From Callorhinchus milii (Eukaryota), in NCBI RefSeq assembly GCF_018977255.1, contig NW_024704743.1, positions 89,096,001 to 89,160,000 on the forward strand: a DNA stretch of 64,000 nt, given 5' to 3'. Made by a program: the position numbers and the translations under genes. Shown piece after piece: positions 62,901 through 64,000 of the stretch. The notes beneath the pieces were generated by a model. The model was not told the origin of the DNA. It saw nothing but the letters and a program-made list of their open reading frames with translations, and made no database searches. The first letter of the stretch is position 1, and each line of letters begins with the position of its first letter.

Positions 62901-64000
62901 AGAGCAGATTGGTTGCTTGGTCTTACCTTCTATGAATTAAAAATAGATATCAAATATGGCTGAATGGTAAAACTCTAACAATGTCTTCCAGACTGCAGTG
63001 AGGTTTTAGTCCTGGAAAAAAATTGCAGAATTGTGACAAATTGTCTGAATCTTTGAGCCTGAAAGTTGATATCAGTGAAAATTGTCAATGTTGAAAGCAA
63101 TATTTTCTGTTGTTTGCCTTCAAAATACAATGTCAATTTACCTCGTAATGAATCCTATGAGGTACTTTGAGACATCCTCCTGATGTCAAAGGCTCTAAAT
63201 CAAATGCAAGGAATATAGGATTATTATTATATTGTAGCTGCCGCAGCAGACAATAAGAGATGGAGAATTACTTGAGAAAATTGTTTACAAGTTTTCAATA
63301 CATTGATACATACAGAGGACCATTATGATAAGATTGATGTGCAAGTTTATGAGACAAAACATAAGAGACATTGGATTATTACCGGTTACAAGGCAAGCAG
63401 TAAAAAATCTGTGACAGATCTAAAATGTTAGTCTCAATTACAAGTTTAGACAAAGGTAAAACAGTTTAAACAAAAAGAATATAATCTGTAGACAACTGAT
63501 TTATTTTTACACAAAGTTTTACAGATGTTTGCAGAGTAGTCAAGCCCACTAAGTCACAATTGAAAAGCCCAAAGGGGAAAAAAAATATTAAATTGAGTTT
63601 TCATTTGAAAGCTGCTTTTTTTAAGAAAAAAATTACTTTCAAATTAATATTAAATATTTTACAATTCTACACAATCTAATTTTTTAAAAGAATAAATGGC
63701 TAAAATTTTCATGTATTTTGTGTACAACTAAAATGCACTGAGACTAAGGGGAAGATTTTGCATGGTCACTAGACACTGATCTTTGTAGTATGAACAACTT
63801 GTATGTTGAAACAACTCAAAGTACCTGACAGATAATTATTTTAATTGTAGTGAATAAGCATTTATAGGCAAATGCAGCAACCATTTTGTTTAAAGTATGA
63901 TTCCACAATTAGTAATTAAACGAAATAAGGAGAACGTTTCTCTAGGAGATTTGGAGAAACTCCCTTCTCTTCTTCAAAATGTGCCATGGGATTGTTAATG

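Noticed and set aside
1..64000. CRISPR arrays, operons, rRNA or an intact autonomous element
   Set aside because: Vertebrate repeat-rich DNA; no regular repeat-spacer array or rRNA-like sequence, and every RT frame is disrupted

Overview
Eukaryotic, repeat-dominated vertebrate DNA. The repeat set (CR1 LINEs, L2 LINEs with (TTG)n tails, tRNA-derived Deu-domain SINEs with L2-type tails, Penelope-like elements) points to a cartilaginous fish, possibly a chimaera (inference). Nearly all recognisable ORFs are decayed retroelement fragments. I cannot identify a host gene; there are a few unnamed exon-like segments and several enhancer-like non-coding blocks, so this is probably a long intron or gene desert. 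The most notable observations are: (i) a Vingi/Ingi-type LINE 3' fragment (~20.0-20.8 kb) that the ORF track hides; (ii) a head-to-head Penelope structure with hammerhead-ribozyme remnants and a nested L2 (61.3-62.5 kb); (iii) an unnamed ~350-bp dispersed repeat with a conserved CTGATGA...TCATCAG hairpin, in about six copies; (iv) a perfect 50-bp templated insertion copied from 1.06 kb away; (v) LTR-like TG...CA units; (vi) a family of fully palindromic MITE-like elements. I see no clear evidence of an intact novel multi-gene system. All family names are by-eye recognition without database searches, and boundaries of old repeats are approximate.
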